A stretch of 64,000 nt of DNA from the NCBI RefSeq assembly GCF_009914755.1, contig NC_060947.1. One strand, written 5' to 3'. Below are positions 60,956 through 64,000 of the stretch, piece after piece (position 1 is the stretch's first letter; the number at the start of each line of letters is the position of its first letter). This DNA is from the human T2T-CHM13v2.0 reference genome, Homo sapiens. Position numbers and translations under genes: made by a program. Below the pieces are notes generated by a model, which saw only the letters and a list, made by a program, of their open reading frames with translations, did no database searches and was not told the origin of the DNA.

Positions 60956-63621
60956 AGAATTGGAATAAAGAACAAAGGTGATTGACGAAGAAGTACATAA
61001 AATTACGATTTTATGAAAAGGTAAAAAATTCAGTTAAATATGTGTTTTCAATTCTGTGATGTTAGGTATGATGTGATTAACATTTTCTCAAAGAAGAACA
61101 CAATTGCATGTTTGTTCTGGCATCATGTGGACCCAATGAATGTGAATCTGACTCAATCATGCAGTCCCCAGCATAATATTCTCCATACATCAAGACCTTT
61201 AAAAGACCTTCTTGACAGTGATAACACTCATCTTCTAAGAAAGAAAAATAAATTCAAGTGCCAGCTGCAGGTCTCATTCATGAGCTTTGAGTATGTTTTT
61301 TCTCTGAGCTGAACTTGATGAACTCTTGGCCTCTTAACCAACATCTGCAAGAAACTCAATAATGCCAAATGTATTCTAGGTTTTATGTATAATTTTATGG
61401 GCCACAGAGAAAAATCAGGTTGAAAAGCTGATTCTTTACAGCATTTCATGTGAATACTTCCAATAGAACCATCTCGCCTCTAAGTCTCTTCTTTGAGCTT
61501 CCAGCCACTGGCTCTCTCTCCTTACACAAACTGTGCTTCGAACAGTGCCCAGTTAGCTTCTTATCCTTGGTCCTCTTTTTTTATGGAGTAGATTCTTTCT
61601 CTGTTGAGGACTCTGGGCCTTGGAGACTCAGCCTTCCCTCTCTGTGTCCTTATCCAAGTATCTTCTCAACAAAGCTGGTTTCTGCCTACGAATAAATTTT
61701 TCTTCTAGACACTAACATCAATTTTTCTACTTTTAGGCATTTGCAAGGAAAGATCCCTTGCCTGTTGGAGGCTGGGATGTGGGAATCAGATTTCTTGGCT
61801 CTAAGTCTTGATTATGTATGTACAAATCCTTGGACACTTGTCTCCTGGAATTGTGCCCCTCTTTTCCCATAAAGCATTTGCAGCAGACTTTTCAGGCTAC
61901 CTTCCAGGCACCAAGATCATTAAATGATACCAAAGTTGTGCTGGACCCAGGCCTCTAATTTCATCAGAAACCGATCTACTCAGAAGGCCAGCTTTCTTAT
62001 TCCATACAAACTCTATTGGAAAAATCTACTTAATTAGAAGGAAAAAATTGGAAAGTGGTTAACATTGTGCAAGTACAATTTTCTCAGATGATTAGACACT
62101 TTTTCTTTTGAAATGAATAAATAAAAGGGAGAGAGGGGCAGAATAATAATGGTACAGGTTTTACTTTTTAAAGTTTGAATAAAATTAGCATAATTTCCCT
62201 TTATTAAGCTACAGTACATAGAAAGCACATTATAGACACTGTAGGTGGAAATGTGGGTGGATACATAGGAGGGGAAATGAGAGAGCATTGAAAATACAGC
62301 TGAAATAATGAGCATGTAAGATGAAGAATGGCAGAAAGGATCAGGCTGGAAGATGTAAGGATCCCTGCTTTGATCACAGACAAAAGGGATAGTGCACAGA
62401 AAATAAGAGGGAACCATTCAGCTAAGCTGGGAGACTGGGGCAGCCTGGGCTAATGGAGCTGGGCATAGATAGCAAGAGAACAGGGAATGCTTCACCATTG
62501 ACTTGGGGTTAAAAATTATACCTTGTGCTTAAAGGGGAGAAAAACACAATAATATCATTCATAAAAATACCTAGTTTTATCCACACTAACCCTGATGGAA
62601 ATAGAAGCTACACAACTCAGCTACGCAACTTTGTACTGCAGCAAGCTTGTTGGAATATGGATCATTGGGTTTGCTGTTTATTCTGTCCATCCTGCTCAAG
62701 TATGGACAATGCAGTCCTTCTACACACAACCTTCCTGTCCCATTCATTTTACACATAAGGAAATGCAAGCTCAATGAAGGTATGCAAACAGAGTCATTTT
62801 AAAAATCTTAGGTCCTTGGGAGGCAGGCAAGTAAATCTCCATATGTGATTTCTATGGAAAGTGCTCTGCTTCTTGATATATGGCAAAGAATGAATCAAGA
62901 AATTGACAGTATTGAAGCAATTGATTTAAATTTTCAAAGGATGTTTACAGATTAGTGGATAAATCCGAATTTGGGACTTCCTAGCCTGACCCATGCCAGG
63001 CATACTATTTAGATGGTACCATAGTTTCAGCTACAAATCTGGAAATCCCAGTGAATTATCAGTATATTTTCTCTCCCGAAAGACTAGGCAGTTAGATGGC
63101 AAATTCTCAGCCCCAAAATTAGTCCTGGGATATCATCTTTTCAGCTTGCACTCTCTGCACCTTCCAGGCAGTGGTTCCACTCAATAACCTCTCTCCTAAC
63201 TCGGAATCTCCTTCTCACTCTTGCCCCAGATTTTCTCGTTTCCCACCCACACCTCCTTTACCTCACCCAAAACTCCCTACTATCTTCTTTTCATCTTTTC
63301 ATCATGGATGCCCTTGATGGCTATTGAGAGGAGCTTTGATTCACCAGTAAATATGGAACCCAAATTTTCATCAGTGGAAATTGGATCTCCCTTACTCAAG
63401 GGCAAGGAGCATTCTTCTCCAGCAACGTAATTAATTGTTAGGTCTCCCCTAGAGACTTTTCTCCTAGAGAAGATAAACTTTCTGTATATATTAGGACCAA
63501 TAGCTCTGTCTAATGCACTCAAGAAAAATAAAGAGAAATTTTTCCTTAAAATAGAGTGAATCCCTGCATCCTATTAAAAGGTTTACTTCCCATGATGAGT
63601 AACCTGTCCTTAGTATACATC

Positions 63622-63969
63622 TATCTTAGTCTGCTTGGGCTGCTATAACAAAATACTTTAAACCGGGGAATTTATAAGCAACAGAGATTCATGCTCACAG
63701 ATCTAGAGACTGGGAAATCTAAGATCAAGGCATAATCTGATCCAGTGTCTGGCACTGGCCTGCTCCTCACAGATGGCACCCTGTATGTGTCCTCGCATGG
63801 CAGAAGGGCAGTCTCCTTTAGGCCTCTTTTATAAGAACACCAATCCTATTCACAAGGGATCTGCCCTTATGACCTAATCACCTCCCCAGCCCCCACCTTC
63901 TAATACTATTTATTAGGGATTAGGTATCAGCATATAAGCTTGGGGGGATCTAAACACTCAGACTATAGC
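63622..63969 (-). mobile_element. MLT1A/MSTD-like solo LTR
   Basis: tatcttagtctgcttgggctgctataacaaaatac...aaacactcagactatagca. Confidence 0.82.
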
Positions 63970-64000
63970 AACAGCTTAGAACTTGCTATACCAAACAGCT

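Overview
This is primate genomic DNA, and the SVA element points to a great ape (probably human). It is an AT-rich, repeat-dense intergenic or intronic window with no supportable protein-coding gene. The ORF track is explained by decayed L1 ORF1/ORF2, Tigger2 transposase and MaLR internal sequence, or by spurious frames in Alu, SVA and other repeats. 1-21.4 kb is a deep nest of insertions: L2 > L1MB > (MER1A, Alus, a two-LTR MLT1A/MSTD-type MaLR, an L1MA 3' end, and a near full-length L1MA2 that itself holds an AluS, a collapsed THE1 and an L1PA13-like piece with a 3' transduction). 24.7-26.4 kb is a full-length SVA (B-like) with a perfect 16-bp TSD inside an LTR33-like element. 26.5-49 kb is older sequence (MIR/L2/MLT/LTR16/LTR40) with a repeat-free, enhancer-like block at ~36.5-37.7 kb. 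49.3-61 kb holds a 3'UTR-only retrocopy, a near full-length Tigger2 and a near full-length L1MA1-like element. The most unusual observations are retroposition and repair relics: a tailless half-tRNA-Leu(CAA) retropseudogene with a 24-bp TSD, a ~1-kb 3'UTR retrocopy (HNRNPA3-like) with a ~32-bp TSD, two inverted L1PA7 fragments truncated at almost the same base, two candidate 3' transductions and templated-insertion scars. I find no evidence for a wholly new biological system. Repeat subfamily names come from recalled consensus sequences, not from a database search.
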